NCBI GenBank assembly: GCA_000934665.2
Contig: KZ538689.1
Coordinates: 1-53,902, forward strand
Origin: Catajapyx aquilonaris
Taxonomy: Eukaryota
Direction of reading: 5' to 3'
Length of the DNA: 53,902 nt
The notes under the pieces are model-generated. The model did no database searches. It was not told the origin of the DNA and worked only from the letters and a program-made list of their open reading frames with translations. Shown one piece after another: positions 1 through 13,140 of this stretch. The position numbers and the translations under genes were made by a program. Position 1 is the stretch's first letter, and each line of letters starts with the position of its first letter.

Positions 1-130
1 TACCAAGTATCGGGATCATTTTCATTTATTGCTAATATTGCTTAAAGTAGCAATTTTTGTGTAGCTTGTTGCAAACCCAATCCATGTACCCAATTACTCC
101 CGGTGGTCTAATGTAGCACTTGCTACTTAA

Positions 131-248
131 GGCCCGGTTCACACGTGGCCACTTTTGGAAATACACAGGATTGAATGAGAGCATTCACACATGGCCACTG
201 GCTGTGGCCAGTTGCTGCCACTAAAAGTGGCAACGTGTGAACCAGGCC
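131..248. mobile_element. Harbinger/Tourist-like MITE
   Basis: TIR GGCCCGGTTCACACGT / ACGTGTGAACCAGGCC flanked by TAA. Confidence 0.65.
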
Positions 249-431
249 TAAAAGGTCATGTGGATCTCTCACAAGCTACAAAAAACAACAACAGCCAGGC
301 TTGAAATTACCTTTAACTACAAAGCAACCAGCATACTCGGAACACCCTCATGTTGCAAAACAAGTGTGAGAAAAAAAATTCTTAATCACTCTAAAAAAGC
401 AGTTGGAGTTATGCCACTTATGAATTCAGTG

Positions 432-817
432 CTACAGTACATATTCTGTAAAACTAACTTTGGCCTTCTTTTCAATGTACCCCCTGCAGTTGGCTGCACC
501 ACAGAGGCATCGCTTCTTCTCTTTTGTAAAGGTATGAAGGTTGTAATCAAACGTGATCTCTGATCCGGCTGGTATGTCCTTGATGGCAAAGAGTCCAACT
601 CGGAATTGTCTACAGACAGTCCACTTCTGGGTTTCGCAATTGGGATCGCAGCTGTGATTCATGAAACGGGCCAAATTGCCTCGGTGGCCTGCATCCAAAA
701 TGTCATCTTTATCAAATTCCATGAAGTAGTACTCAGAGTCACCATCCATGTGGCCCTTTCGAAGTAGCATTTCTTCCTTGGATATAACTTCACCAACATA
801 CTCAATCACGAATTCCC
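432..817 (-). CDS. NSD: NSD-like exon: SET core and post-SET. Ends at TAG 432-434, or splices at GTTAGT (458) to exons outside the window
   Basis: Acceptor ttccag|GG; EFVIEYVGEVI, GNLARFMNHSCDPNC, EITFDY, post-SET CLCGAANC. The four exons total 2301 nt, an intact 766-aa frame. Confidence 0.92.
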
Positions 818-1532
818 CTGGAATGCAAAGAGATGCATGATGTACTGTGCAGCTTCATGCAGGACATAGTATATGCACATACAGTAATGCATGGGTGAGC
901 CCGGGAAATCGTAACACATGGATAATAATCCCAAAATGGTCCTAGATAACGTAAAAATGAGTTATTTCGAGGTTTTAATGAACAAATCTGTACATATAGT
1001 GTATGCTGCTTTAAATCAAGTTTAATCAAAATAATTAAATTTAATCCATTTTTTAGTTTGTCTTCAGGAAAAAGTATGTTAGATTTCTTTGCTTGCAAGA
1101 CATATTGAGATTCTTTTGGACTCTTTGCCTTTGGTTCAGTGCATCCCAATCTTTCCCATTGGCAACCCCAGAAAATCATCGCGTAAAATTCGAGTCCCCT
1201 TATTTCCAATTGAACCCCCCCCCCTCCCCCCAGTCCTCCCATATGCGCACATTTTAAATCCCCAACATGAAAAGGTGGGTAAAAAGTGAAATGAAAACAA
1301 ATGATAACTGGGTCATTCTAGGTCAATCCTGTAAATGGTGGTGGCTTGACCCCTTCCGATTTAATTGTAAAAAATCAGGTAGGTAGGGACCCGTACCTTG
1401 TTGTGAAATCCTAAATTTGCGGTTGCTGGAGTCATCTCTCACGGAGATATGACAATGGAAAGTTTAACAATGACGTCCATATAAAGTATTTTGAAGTGTT
1501 CTCCCAACACCAACATGTTATATATCAAAAGG

Positions 1533-1694
1533 ACCGAAGCAGGTTGGCATAGTGGATAAGGCGTCCGACTGCTAATCGGGAGGTCCTGGGTTCGAATCCC
1601 GGGGCCGGCAACTCTGACCGTTGTTTTCTGTGGTTTCCCACGGTCCTTCCAGAATAATTCCGGAGTTGTTTCCGTAATTAACAGGCCACAGCCG
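1533..1694 (+). mobile_element. tRNA-derived SINE family A (head and body, 3' truncated)
   Basis: A box TGGCATAGTGG, B box GGTTCGAATCC, anticodon-like arm CCGACTGCTAATCGG; same head as four other copies. Confidence 0.8.
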
Positions 1695-2171
1695 AGGTTC
1701 AGGCTGAGGCCCAGGCGTTGATAAATATGTTCACTTATCTACTTTCAGTCTGTGGTTCTAGGCCTGGTCAAGCGTCTGTGGTCTCAAAGATTAGAGAATA
1801 GAAGAGAGCGGAAGAGAGCCTATTCACTTTTTTTTGGGTGGTCGCCCTAATGTCGATCGTCGCGCGCTCTGTCGGCAGATTTCTAAGCTGATTTCCCCTT
1901 CGAGACGGGCTTCAAGAATAAGCAGCTATTTTGGCCCAAGTGGAGGCACCGCTGTACCTGCACCGTGGTTTATATATACTTTGGTCCTAATTCCGACCAC
2001 CATGCCATCTCCTTGGTAACGTGTTGCACATTCCCGGTGACAATGGTAAAATGTCACTAAGATGGAATATATTGGTGTGCTGGCAGCACAGATGCGAACA
2101 TCTGTGCATCGTGCAACCTTTGACACCAGTTTGTTTTTAAACGCATGTGGATTGTAGCGCATGCTATTATT

Positions 2172-2177
2172 ATTATT

Positions 2178-2213
<36 letters not shown>

Positions 2214-2504
2214 TTGTACCCCGTGCTAGAGCCATGGGCCCTCTGAGGAGGGTGGGATACCACCATTTTTTTTTAAATATCTGGAACTCTTACTTTTGTT
2301 GTTACTTCTCTTATATGGGGATGGGATAGGGACGGAAGGAAGCGGCTGTGGCCTATAATTACGGACACTACCCCGGAAATTTCCTGGTGAGACCATGGGA
2401 AACCACAGAAAGCTATGGTCAGGGTCGGCGGCCCCCGGGATTCGAACCCAGACCTCCTGATTAGCAGTCGGATACCATATCCCCTCCGCTACCACTGCTT
2501 CGGT
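2172..2504 (-). mobile_element. SINE family A, full length, (TTA)n tail
   Basis: Target-site duplication GTAGCGCATGCTATTATT at 2154-2171 and 2503-2520. Confidence 0.85.
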
Positions 2505-3355
2505 AGCGCATGCTATTATTGGCCATAATTTCCCAGCAATTAAGCTATGCTATTCAATAATCTCTTTTAGGCTATGCCCACACAACACAAGGACGTACCT
2601 AGGACGTCCCAGGGATGACACATTGGGATAAAGGGACGTCCACGGGTGGTCCAAGATCCGGATGTGGAGGTCCCTGGGACGGTCCAGGGATCACGAATTA
2701 GAAAAGTTTCGATGCCCCTGAAATGTCACTGGAAAGTCCCTGGGATGGCCCAAAGGACGTCTCCCGCATCACATAGGGACCAGATTGTGACATCCTGTGT
2801 ACGTCTCGTGAACTTCCACGGGATGACATGTGCATTGATTTGCCACTGCCCCCAGGTGATTTATTGGAGTGAATTCCAAATAATTATGTCTCGTACGTGA
2901 CATAGTCATTTGAAATGGATTCCAAAGTTTGAATTTTTTTAAAGCACAGCACTCTATAAGGAAGCCTGCCTTTATATCCAGCTATGAAAGGTGTTCAAAA
3001 CTTGTAAAAAACTGTCACTATTACACTTACATGTTCCTCGTTGTTTTGTTGTAAAAAAAAAATCTCCGTTATGGACATTTATCTACTCTTAGATTCAAGG
3101 ATTCAATTGTCACAATCAGGGTTGGCAATAATCAATGATTATTTTAAAATAATCAAATAATCGGATTATTTTGATAACAATCGGATTATTTTGATAATAA
3201 TGTTATTATTTGTAGTACAGCACTTTATTTCATTTCCTGATAAAAAAAAACCCACCTGCTATTTGAAGAAAATCAAGAAATGTATGTCAGTATTGTCAAA
3301 CATGTTACATTCCAAGGAAAGTGCATTATACAATATACAGTCAATCCTCGTTTAA

Positions 3356-3872
3356 GGGGGCGCATTAGTAAAAATACGGTAGGCACATTTTTGAGGGAAT
3401 TATATATTTTGTGGCGAAACGGACCGTTAATCGGAAAAATCACGACGAAGGTGCCCTGCGCAAAGGTTTGGCCTTTACTATGGCACCATACTCGATATGA
3501 TTGCATAAAAATTGTGGACATACGGGCGCAGAAGCGTTCCCAACTTTGTCGCGTTCCTGCCGCCATGTTATTCAAATGGGCTTTTGGGGAACGCCATTTT
3601 CCTTTCACGTCAACTCGATGAAAAGGTCACTTCTAGGCCGAAAATGGTAAAATGACGACGAAGGTGCCCTGCGCCAGATCATGTCCTATTTTTTGGTGTA
3701 ATTTTTGTGTCCATTGCTCCCTTTTTGCGGCCGTATGGCCGCAGAAGCGCGCAGAAGTGTAGACATGTCGAATCCCCATATGCTGTCCATGCATACGTGA
3801 GTTTGTTCACGTGGTCGCCAAGGGCTCGCATTGTTACCGATTGTTACCGTATTTTTTTACTAATGCGCCCCC
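3356..3872. mobile_element. Kolobok-like MITE
   Basis: TTAA flanks; TIR GGGGGCGCATTAGTAAAAATACGGTA (5'-RR termini). Confidence 0.65.
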
Positions 3873-3876
3873 TTAA

Positions 3877-4917
3877 GGTGGAAATGAAGCGACTTGCTAA
3901 TCAAATGAGAGTCTAGAATTGGAATGTTAATAAGAAGGGCTAAAATCAGGAAAACATACGCAACCGATGCAGCAGTAAATGCTGTTCAATCCTATGCATT
4001 CTATTCGAATCTGCGTTTTAAACTCGATTTAATATGGGCCTATTACCGGCTGCAAGTTCTTGTGCGCAGGCGCTATTTTCACGACTGCCAACTTAAACAT
4101 GGTATTTGGAGGTGTGCTTAATATTTGTTATTTTTGATGGAAATCGATTTTATTCGGTCGTAATTACCAGGTCCCAATTTGTCATGGCATTTTTAAAAGT
4201 TTAGTTCCGAAAGGGGAGCCTGTAGCTCTTCATTTGTGCCGGATTTGGAACACGTTCAGTTGGTACGCGTGTGACAGATAGAAGCGACAACGCAGCAAAG
4301 GTCCAGGCCAATTATCGCGTAGCAGTATGTGACGTCATTGCCGGGTGGATTCGAATCATTCGATTATTATATTATAATTATAACTATATAAACTAATAAA
4401 ACGGTTCTGACGTCTGACAAACACCCCCGCCAAACGAAAATCCTGTGTGAGCCATTGTAAAAACCATGGTGGAAAAACCATCATACTAACTTGTACTCAT
4501 ATTTCGCGGTCGTATGCAACCGTATCTCGCTACCGTAAACAACGCTGCGTTGCCACTGCCTCACTCGAGTGGAGCACTGTGACGTCACTGGATCATTTTC
4601 GGATCGTTTTTCCGCAATACAAATTGAAAGAGCACGGTGAGGTAGGTTTTTCTTTTTGCGGTTGCGATCAGTATATAATTCCCGACATATCCCACATTAA
4701 ATTTTAAGATTCTCATTTACTTATGATTTTTTTGTGGACTATTGAAAATTCGGCCATAAGGCTCCATGTTAAATCGCGAACTTCTGAGCCCTCCAGTTCG
4801 CTAATTTGCACGGTGACGTGTATTTTTCTTTGCGCCATTGATAAGAGGACACAAAACTGCGTAACATATGTTTTTTTCATAAAATTCTCATTAAGTGACT
4901 CTAGCTTCATTTCCACC
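3877..4917. mobile_element. Second Kolobok-like non-autonomous element
   Basis: TTAA flanks; TIR GGTGGAAATGAAGC / GCTTCATTTCCACC. Confidence 0.6.
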
Positions 4918-5064
4918 TTAACACGGATTCCGCTTACTTGGGAGCGACTAGCCGACTACACTATTCAGTAGTATACCTGTGTACATACCTGTAAGTCTGT
5001 AACACTTACAGTATTATTGTACACTTCCGTTTTACGCAGAAAGCAGTGCCTGATGTACTACCTC

Positions 5065-5065
<1 letters not shown>

Positions 5066-5110
<45 letters not shown>

Positions 5111-5291
5111 GATTATAATCAAGCTTTTCCATTATTAATCAGTTGATTATAATCAAGCTTTTCCATTATTAATAAGTTGATTATAATCAAGCTTTTCCAT
5201 TATTAATCAGTTGATTATAATCAAGCTTTTCCATTATTAATCAGTTGATTATAATCAAGATTTTCCATTATTAATCAGTTGATTATAATCA
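5066..5291. repeat. (TAT)n microsatellite followed by about 5 tandem copies of a ~34-bp unit
   Basis: Unit TTGATTATAATCAAGCTTTTCCATTATTAATCAG repeated head to tail near the end of the hAT-like element. Confidence 0.9.
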
Positions 5292-6180
5292 TGCCAACCC
5301 TGGTCACAATCGAGTCAAACCCTTCTTTAGGTGCATCTGGTAGACGGATATCAGGAAATTGAGCCTTTCTGTACATGTGGCCTAATTCTCTCGACCCTTC
5401 GGCTGGGAAATGAGAAAATTTTCCGTACTCACCAACATGAACTTTAACTTAGGGAGACTGAAATGCATCAATATCCCATGGTAAGGCACCGCATGCACTT
5501 CGACTTATGGAAGTTCAACTTATTTTACTGTAGTTGCATATGTACTAACCTTACCCAAATCCCATAGTTTACGCGCGCCCCCAAAAAGTGGAGGGGTGGG
5601 GTAGTAAACAAAATGTGACAAAAAATCCCAGTGAAGATTACATGGACTTTAGAATTGATAATGATGAAGAGTAACAATGGAGCTAGGATGGCACCAGAGT
5701 TAAAGATAATTTGACAGTTAACAACTGAAAAAAATATGATTACACTTTGGACAGTGAATTTCGGTGGGGTCTGGTAATAATTGCTGTCACTACATTAATT
5801 TGTTACATATCAGGAGATTTATTTTAATGACGAACCTGAGGGGCCACACAAAGCCAAAGACTGAATTGAAATTACTTACAAAAAATTTGTCGCTGAATTA
5901 AAAATGTCGATATATCGTTTAAGTTTTTAGAATTTGCTACCCCTTTGTTGAACTACATTTAACATTGTTATTTATTAATAAAATAAAATGTGATGACATT
6001 GTGTATTTAGACCTCAGTGCAATGTGCTACGATAAAAAATTTCAATTGAATGAATGTGAAATGGCTTTTTAAATCCCTGCACCCAAAAATGCACAGAAAA
6101 TTCGACATTTGCAAGCCATGATAAACATTTGAAAAATCTGTGGTGGATTTTTTGTAATTAATTTTAATGCTGTCTTCAGC

Positions 6181-6424
6181 GGGCGACACGGTGGCCGAGT
6201 GGTTAGCGCCACAGCCTTCCACCTCTAAGGTCCCGAATTCGATCCCCGGGTCGGATGGAGGATACTTATGTGAATAGTTTCGATGGGTTCTCTCCGTGTT
6301 CGCGTGGGTTTTCTCCCGTTTCCTCCCACTATCAAAATCCATCACATTTCAGGCAAATGATTAAAGTCGGTTATTCAAAAGATGATCCCCAAGGAGGCCC
6401 AAGGGGCCTATCACGGGGTATCCA
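6181..6424 (+). mobile_element. tRNA-derived SINE with V-domain-like core
   Basis: A and B boxes; TTCTCTCCGTGTTCGCGTGGGTTTTCTCCCGTTTCCTCCCAC; TSD TTAATGCTGTCTTCAG (6164-6179, 6425-6440). Confidence 0.75.
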
Positions 6425-8875
6425 TTAATGCTGTCTTCAGGTTTGTGTGGCCCCTCAGGTTCATTATTAAAAGAGCATTTCGGTGTCCGGCCGTTTCATT
6501 AAAACATCAATTCTGCAGAAAGAATGGTTTGAAAAGCAATATACTGCAGAATGGACGGTTTAAAACGTCCAGACTGCAGAATGGATGGTTGGACAAGGAG
6601 CATTCTGCAGTATGGACGTTTTTTTCGCCCTATTGCCGTTTTCGGGGTTTGAGCCTAACAGACACATTATCAAGTATCAAACATTTTTGACCACTCCCCG
6701 AGGGCATAGGTCAAAGAATTTTTTCTAACATATAGACCCACAAGTCTGCTTTATTTTACACTAGGTGTGTCACTGCTCTTCCAAGAGGAATGTTCTAATG
6801 GTAAAGAAAAGCACAGTCTCCTTTGGAAGTAGCAATGAGACAGAAATTACGTCGCACTTAAAAATTGCTGAAACACATGTCACTTGTAGAGTATTAAAAT
6901 TGCACTTTTCAAAAGTGACAATCATGTTAGTCACTGCTATCGGGATATCGAGCTTTGGCCCATCGTTAATTAGAATCTTATTTCAGGCATTTCTTGAGAC
7001 ATTTCTGCTCTTTTTGCATTTTATATGGATGGACATCCATCAAAGGAAGGAAAGAATGCCATAAAAGCGTTTCCGTAAAAATTGACAGATGGGCCCTTAT
7101 GGCATTGTGATCTTCAATATATTGTGCTCGTTATGTTCTATTTACATGGAATTTTCCAATTGTGGCGCATCATGTCAGCACTCAATAACCTTTGGATTTA
7201 GGAGATCTTCAGATTTCAGATTAAGGATTCTCAACCTGTATAACGCTCTTCAAGGGACCAACCTAACGTAGAGTTATAAGCAAGAATTAGTTTTGTGGGA
7301 AATACAATTTAATTCACCTATTACTCAGGAAACGAATGCTTTCACTGTTATGTAGATTGCTGCCCATTAACCACATTAACATGACCTGTCCTGCCCATGT
7401 AGATCACAAAAGTATCCCTTGGCGCAAGAGTGACTAACCGAGGTCATATTAATTGTACCCATAAACTGCCTGTTCATGACATGCAACTCTTGGTGACAAG
7501 GCCCACCTCCTCACACCATCCTACAGTGGCCCTCATACTTCCAAGGTGTATGGACAAAATGCCATATTATTTATTGCTTGTTTTCAATTGCTCATTGCTC
7601 CCATACTCCCATCCTGAAGGCCGCTGTCATACTGCCAGCCTGCTTTCGAATCCCCCCTCCCTTTTCAGTACCTTTTGCAGTCATTAGCCAGTGTATAATC
7701 CGAAATCCAAATAAAAATTCCAGTCCAAGCATTTTGGATAAGGGCAATTCCACGAAAGAGCGGACATGGGGCGCGGTTCTTACATCTTGACGCAGTTGGA
7801 ATCTGAGTGACTAAAACCGATAGCATGTGGACCATGGTTTCCTTAGCCATGTTAGTTTGTGACAGTATCATTCCCAACAACCCAGTATTATTCCCAGAGT
7901 ATCTCAGCGTGCGCTCTGTGATATCCGTTCGGCTAATGCGCATTGCCAGCTGGTTATTCGCTGTACCGATATGTGAAAGGAAGAGAGACAGACGTCTTCA
8001 TATAATTCAAGGGCACAAAATGCAACATCGATCTGTGCAATCACTTTGCAGTATGCATGAATGTGTGACCTTCCACAGCCACACCAAAAGGTATCCAAAG
8101 GTCAAAAACTGACCTAGGTCCTATTTCAGTGCATAATAAGATTATGAATTCACAGACATTTCAATTTCCAAAAATTTATGCTACTCCCAGTAAATCGCTG
8201 CAGGTTGTACGTAACGATGCCGGGTGGCACGTAACAGGTGGATATCTCAAATGTTTTCACGTTCAAAATGAGAATTCTCCCAATCTAATGGCATGATGAG
8301 GTTCCTCGCACCCTACTGCCCCACATGCACTTGAGCTTCGAAACCTGTACTGTCAGATTTCGCAGAGTTTCCCCCTAGTTGCATATACCCCAGAAACTGG
8401 TGTCCAATGACGGATTGTACGTAACGAGAGTTCTGACAATCGCACAAGCGTGGATGGCCATCGAATGAAATTTCCATGATGTCCCGCACCTTCACATTTC
8501 TGAGCTGCATCTGATTTTCATAACAGTTAATCTATTACGGCAAGTACCTAGCCGCGGTGGACTCCTAAACACCTCAATACAGCTTCTGATGGTCTGTACA
8601 TAACGCGTGGAATTGCCCATAAATGATTATGAACATGTATCATACTTCTGAATAGTTACTCCAAGAAGTTGCAAAAATATACTAGTGGTCCTATTAAGCC
8701 GAATTGAAGTCATTCTGGCCTTGAAACCCAATGAATTTTATGATCCTAACTCATATTATGCATAGTTATTAGTCCTGGCATCTCTGACCACTGCATAAAT
8801 AAACAGGTTTAACTCTTCCCATCCATCCAAGAACAACTGGATTAGAGAAACCTTATCGTTGAAACATACTCTCAC

Positions 8876-9329
8876 CTTTTTGAATGTCTTCTAGAGTTTT
8901 GAGGCCCCAACCTCTGGTCTCTGTTTTGAAGGGACCCAAGCTGGGGTAACACCTCTTCTGGAACCTCCTGTTACCGCATTTTTCCTGCGCTGGACAGAGA
9001 GCACGATCACACTCTGTTAACGTCGCTCTGTTCAGGCAGTTTGAGTCCTTTCCACAAGGCGATTCAGAATTATGCTTGCATGAACAAGGACTTGATGAGG
9101 CATGATTGCCGTTGGAGTCCTTCCGATGCTTCCTGTTCTTCCCATACTGATTAATTTTTATGTGACTGTATGGGGGAGGCTTGGTTTCGTCAGGGAAGAA
9201 AGTCTTCCACACCCACTCGGAACACTCTTTGTCCCGCTGGCACCATGCATCTTTCGCTGCTTTCAGTGCAGGTTTGAAGGCACTTCCCAAGCCATGGTCA
9301 GTTGTAACCTCCTCGATGTCATCAGCATC
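8876..9329 (-). CDS. NSD: NSD-like exon: linker, AWS domain, start of SET
   Basis: Acceptor aaacag|GAT; KPPPYSHIKIN, CSC..PCGKDSNCLNR..ECD..CPAQEKCGNRRFQ, RGWGL..EDIQKG; donor G|GTGAG. Confidence 0.93.
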
Positions 9330-9688
9330 CTGTTTGGAAATGAGAAAAAAGGAAGGGATTAATCCCACATAATAAATATATTTTGCCCATACAAACCAGC
9401 ATGTAACATTTACAACTAAAAATAAAAAATTATTTACATGCCTCTATCAAACGAAAAAGTGGTTGTTAGGATGCCATTCGAAAAGGACATTATTTACGGA
9501 CTCATGTGGCATTTACAAACTCAAGCACTTTGTGGTTATGTAAAGGGCAAGTCAGACAGCAGTTGAGTCAGGATGGTGGGGCATCTGCAGTCATGACTAA
9601 GAAGGAGCAAAAAACTTTTACGAAGAAGAGAAAATAGATTACGCAAAAATGTATAAATTTTATTTGGGATGTTGTTTAAGGGGATATA

Positions 9689-10279
9689 CAGGGTGTATCA
9701 GAATCACGGGTCAAGCGAGTGCGAGGGGGTGGGGAAAAATCGTAGGTGGCGACAACCCCAGTCGGTTTCATAAAACAATTAGAAATACGGCAGTAATCAA
9801 TTTATTTATTATGGCCGTATGGCGTGACGTCACATCCTACTTTCTGTTCGAATCGACTGGCAGGGACTGACAGGTGCCCTTGTTTGAAGTCCTTGAACCT
9901 GCTTGAGCAGCTTTTTAGCCTTGCGGGTTGCACTGAAAAAGGCGCTCTCCGGCAGGGTACTGAACACAGCACTGTACAGTAGTACACTACTTTGTACAGT
10001 ACCCTACCGGTATAACATGAGAGCGCCTTTTTCAGTGCAACCCGCAAGGCTAAGAAGCTGCTCAAGCAGGTTCAAGGACTTCAAACAAGTGCCCTTGTCA
10101 GTCCCCGCCAGTCGATTCGAACAGAAAGTAGGATGTGACGTCACGCCATACGGCCGTAATAAATGAATTGATTACTGCCGTATTTCTAATTGTTTTATAA
10201 AACCGACCGGGGTTGTCGCCACCTACGATTTTTCCCCACCCCCTCGCACTCGCTTGACCCGTGACTCTGATACACTCTG
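9689..10279. mobile_element. Palindromic (foldback) Tc1/mariner-type MITE
   Basis: TA-flanked, CAGGGTGTATCAGA ends, near-complete 591-bp self-complementarity; second copy at 51740-52769. Confidence 0.85.
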
Positions 10280-10446
10280 TATAAGTAAAGATTCATGTGG
10301 CACACTCTTAACAATAGATGGTTTTGTGACTGGTGTAATGTGGCTCAGGCAGCATCATCTGTTTAGAAATGGCAGCTCCCCTTCAGGTCGAGGAGTGTGT
10401 GTATATACAGGTTGAAGGGAAACTCGCGCCCAATAGCCACTTATAC

Positions 10447-10830
10447 AACAACAACAACAACATCACAATTCCCTATGAGGGGTAGTCAGCGATGAAGGGA
10501 GACGCAAGCTAACCCAACATATGAACTAATAAAACTCATGAGAATAAACCTAAAAACAACCTGTCCCACCCCCCACCCCTGCCCACCTCAGACATCACCT
10601 TATCCTCAGACATATTTACCTATTTACCCATTAATTAACCTACGCCATTTACACCTATCCAAACAAACAACCCTAGCCTCAGCCACGTCCATGGTCCTAT
10701 TGACACAAGAACGTCTCGGCTTAACACTAGCAACACCCTTAAGACACTGACCCACCTGGTCCAACCATGTCTTCCTAGGCCTACCCTTGCCCCTCTTACC
10801 TACTACTCCACCCAAATAAACCTTCTTCAC
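10447..10830 (-). mobile_element. 3' end of an RTE-clade LINE
   Basis: GKRGKGRPRKTWLDQV...A..VCLDRCKWR is typical of the RTE ORF C-terminus; followed by a 3'UTR and (TTG)n tail. Confidence 0.7.
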
Positions 10831-11881
10831 CTAAGTTGATGCCACCCCACCCCAACCCAAATTGACAAAAGGTTTTGAAATAAATTATATGCAATGGTAT
10901 CGGGCAGCTACATTCAATTGGCCTGGCAGTGGTGCACCTGTCGGAATACTTCCATATTGCTTGAATATTTTACACCACTCTTAGACAAGTGACAAGATAC
11001 ATGCTGGATTTGAGCAGTGCCTTCATTCACGGATACATTTGGATGGGTTTTGTCCATTCCATGCCCAAAACTGAGCAACACCTCTCTCCACCTCCTCCTT
11101 GATGCCCACAGGGAGAGGGATGACCATCTGTCCAAAGCTACTGTACGACTTACTAACATTCCACCTAATGGCAAACTTTAGGAACTTATGGACGAGACAT
11201 GACATGAGTTCACAACTATACATCTCAAACAGCGTCAGCATTGCATGTAAATAAATATAAATAATTGCACTTCTCTTGTTTTCATTTGATCCACCTTCAC
11301 AATACTGGGACATGGAAAAAATCCCTTAAATAAATAGTCAGAAATAGAGCTCTGTCTTTGAACAATCTTATCCCTAATTAGAGGGGAGTAACAATCATAT
11401 GCTGTTACGCTGGCTTTAAAAAATTCTGCTGGCGAAACTATAGCGTTTTCCCACAATGTAACGTGGTTTGTGTGGTTTAAAAAAAATTTCTTTCGCGTAA
11501 AAATAAATCGCGAATTTTGGAACCAAAATCTTGCATAAATAAACCAGATTAACTTGAATGACATCATCTTTTTGTGGTCGCTGAAAGAAGCTTTCCTAAA
11601 AAAAAGGGCATGACCTAGGCCGGCACATTTTGACATACAGAGCTGCCTCCAAACCTCATCAGGAGATTCCATCCTAAAATTAGTGCAAAAGATAATTCAA
11701 TAGTTTTAAAATAAATCATGTTCCTAAATGCCAATTATTGGCGCTGCATTGCCACTCCCACCCGGCCTTTCCCAAGATGGAGGGCCCGGCGCCCGGCAGG
11801 CCTTTTGAACAGCTGTGGAGAATGCCCTCTGGTGGGGGTGGATGTTTCTCTCTGTAGCTCGGATGCCCATCCTGTGGCGTA

Positions 11882-12413
11882 CAGTAAAACTTCTATAAGT
11901 TGAATCTCCATGGGACCGGGAAAAAACTTCCAGTTATAGAAGATTCGAGTTAGAGAAGTTTTAAAATTTTTAAGCACATAACTCCATAAGGAAACATACC
12001 TTTACATCCAGCAACGAAAGGTGTTCAAAACTTAAAAATAACTGTCACTATCATGCTTACAATGTTCCTCATTGTGTTGGTGTAAAAAAAATCTCTGTTA
12101 TGGACATTTGCCTACTCTTAGACTCAAGGATTCAATTGTCACAATCGAGTCAAACGCTTCTTTCGGTGCGTCTGGTAGACGGAGATCAGGAAATTGAGCC
12201 TTTGTGTGCACGTGGCCTACTCTCGACCCTTCGGCTGGGAAATGAGAAAATTTTCCATACTCGCCAACATGAACTTCGACTTAGGGAGACTGAAAATGCA
12301 TTGATATCCCATCGTAAGGCCCTGCCTGCACTTCGAGTTATGGAGAACTTCGAGTTAGGGAAGTATATTTCCTATTATTTTACATTGTGAACAACCGAGC
12401 TGAAGTTTTACTG
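11882..12413. mobile_element. Tc1/mariner (pogo/Tigger-like) MITE
   Basis: TA-CAGTAAAACTTC...GAAGTTTTACTG-TA; same family at 45242-47695 and partially at about 2925-5530. Confidence 0.8.
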
Positions 12414-12775
12414 TAATTCATTCCCTGTGCTTATGTACTGGTCTGTTCAGCAGCACCAGGGCTACAGACCCATATACTTCTTGTCATAGCAGGAGAGTGA
12501 CAAAAAATTAGAATAGGTGCGAAACACACCCCCTGCGCCACCTGTTGCGTCTTTAAGAATATACATCTCCGCTTGGTTTGGCAACTTGAGGGTCCCCTAG
12601 ATGGCCTCCAAATCAAGCCTAGACACTGCACTAGAGACTAGACGATGTGACTCACTAGATTAGTCACATCTCGTCCCTCAAATGACAATGCAAGCGAATT
12701 GAAATTTTATGCTCATGTTTCATTTTTGTTTCCAAAACTGACAACATATTTGAAATCTATGATTTTTGTGGTTGC

Positions 12776-12776
<1 letters not shown>

Positions 12777-12818
<42 letters not shown>

Positions 12819-13140
12819 TTCTTAACATTACCCTGTGATAAGGCGGAGCCATTTTAGGGGGGTGGGACACCACCATCAGTTTTCTCGTAACTGTGTGTCA
12901 CATACTATTTTTCTTCACTCACCGGTGCAAGGAGATGTCCAGGGACACGGGTAAGGATAGGGATTTTTGAGGAGGAAACATGTGGTGCGAGTGCAAGGTC
13001 TGTAAAGGGGTCATGTGCTGTTCCCCAGGAGGTTAGGTTGCCAGACACCTCCAAGGTGCAGGTCAGAGACCCTCCTGATGCAGGTGAAAGGAAAGCTCCC
13101 CAGGCGGGGATCGAACCTGGGGCCTTTCACTCAGCCATCT
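12777..13140 (-). mobile_element. tRNA-derived SINE family C with microsatellite tail
   Basis: B box GGTTCGATCCC on minus; body shared with the copy at about 38825-39163. Confidence 0.65.

Larger units (their letters stand above)
3117..5302. mobile_element. Non-autonomous hAT-like element with nested inserts
   Basis: TIR CAGGGTTGGCA/TGCCAACCCTG, 8-bp TSD GTCACAAT; interrupts a partial copy of the CAGTAAAACTT MITE family. Confidence 0.75.

Noticed and set aside
1533..1610. tRNA-Ser(GCT)-like gene
   Set aside because: No convincing acceptor stem or terminator; it continues into a multicopy SINE body whose other copies have TSDs.
5109..5291. CRISPR-like ~34-bp palindromic repeats
   Set aside because: Head-to-tail with no unique spacers, no cas genes, eukaryotic context; a minisatellite within a transposon.
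6750..8600. Possible heavily decayed transposase on the minus strand
   Set aside because: Only faint motif resemblance across many frameshifts; too weak to call without a profile search.
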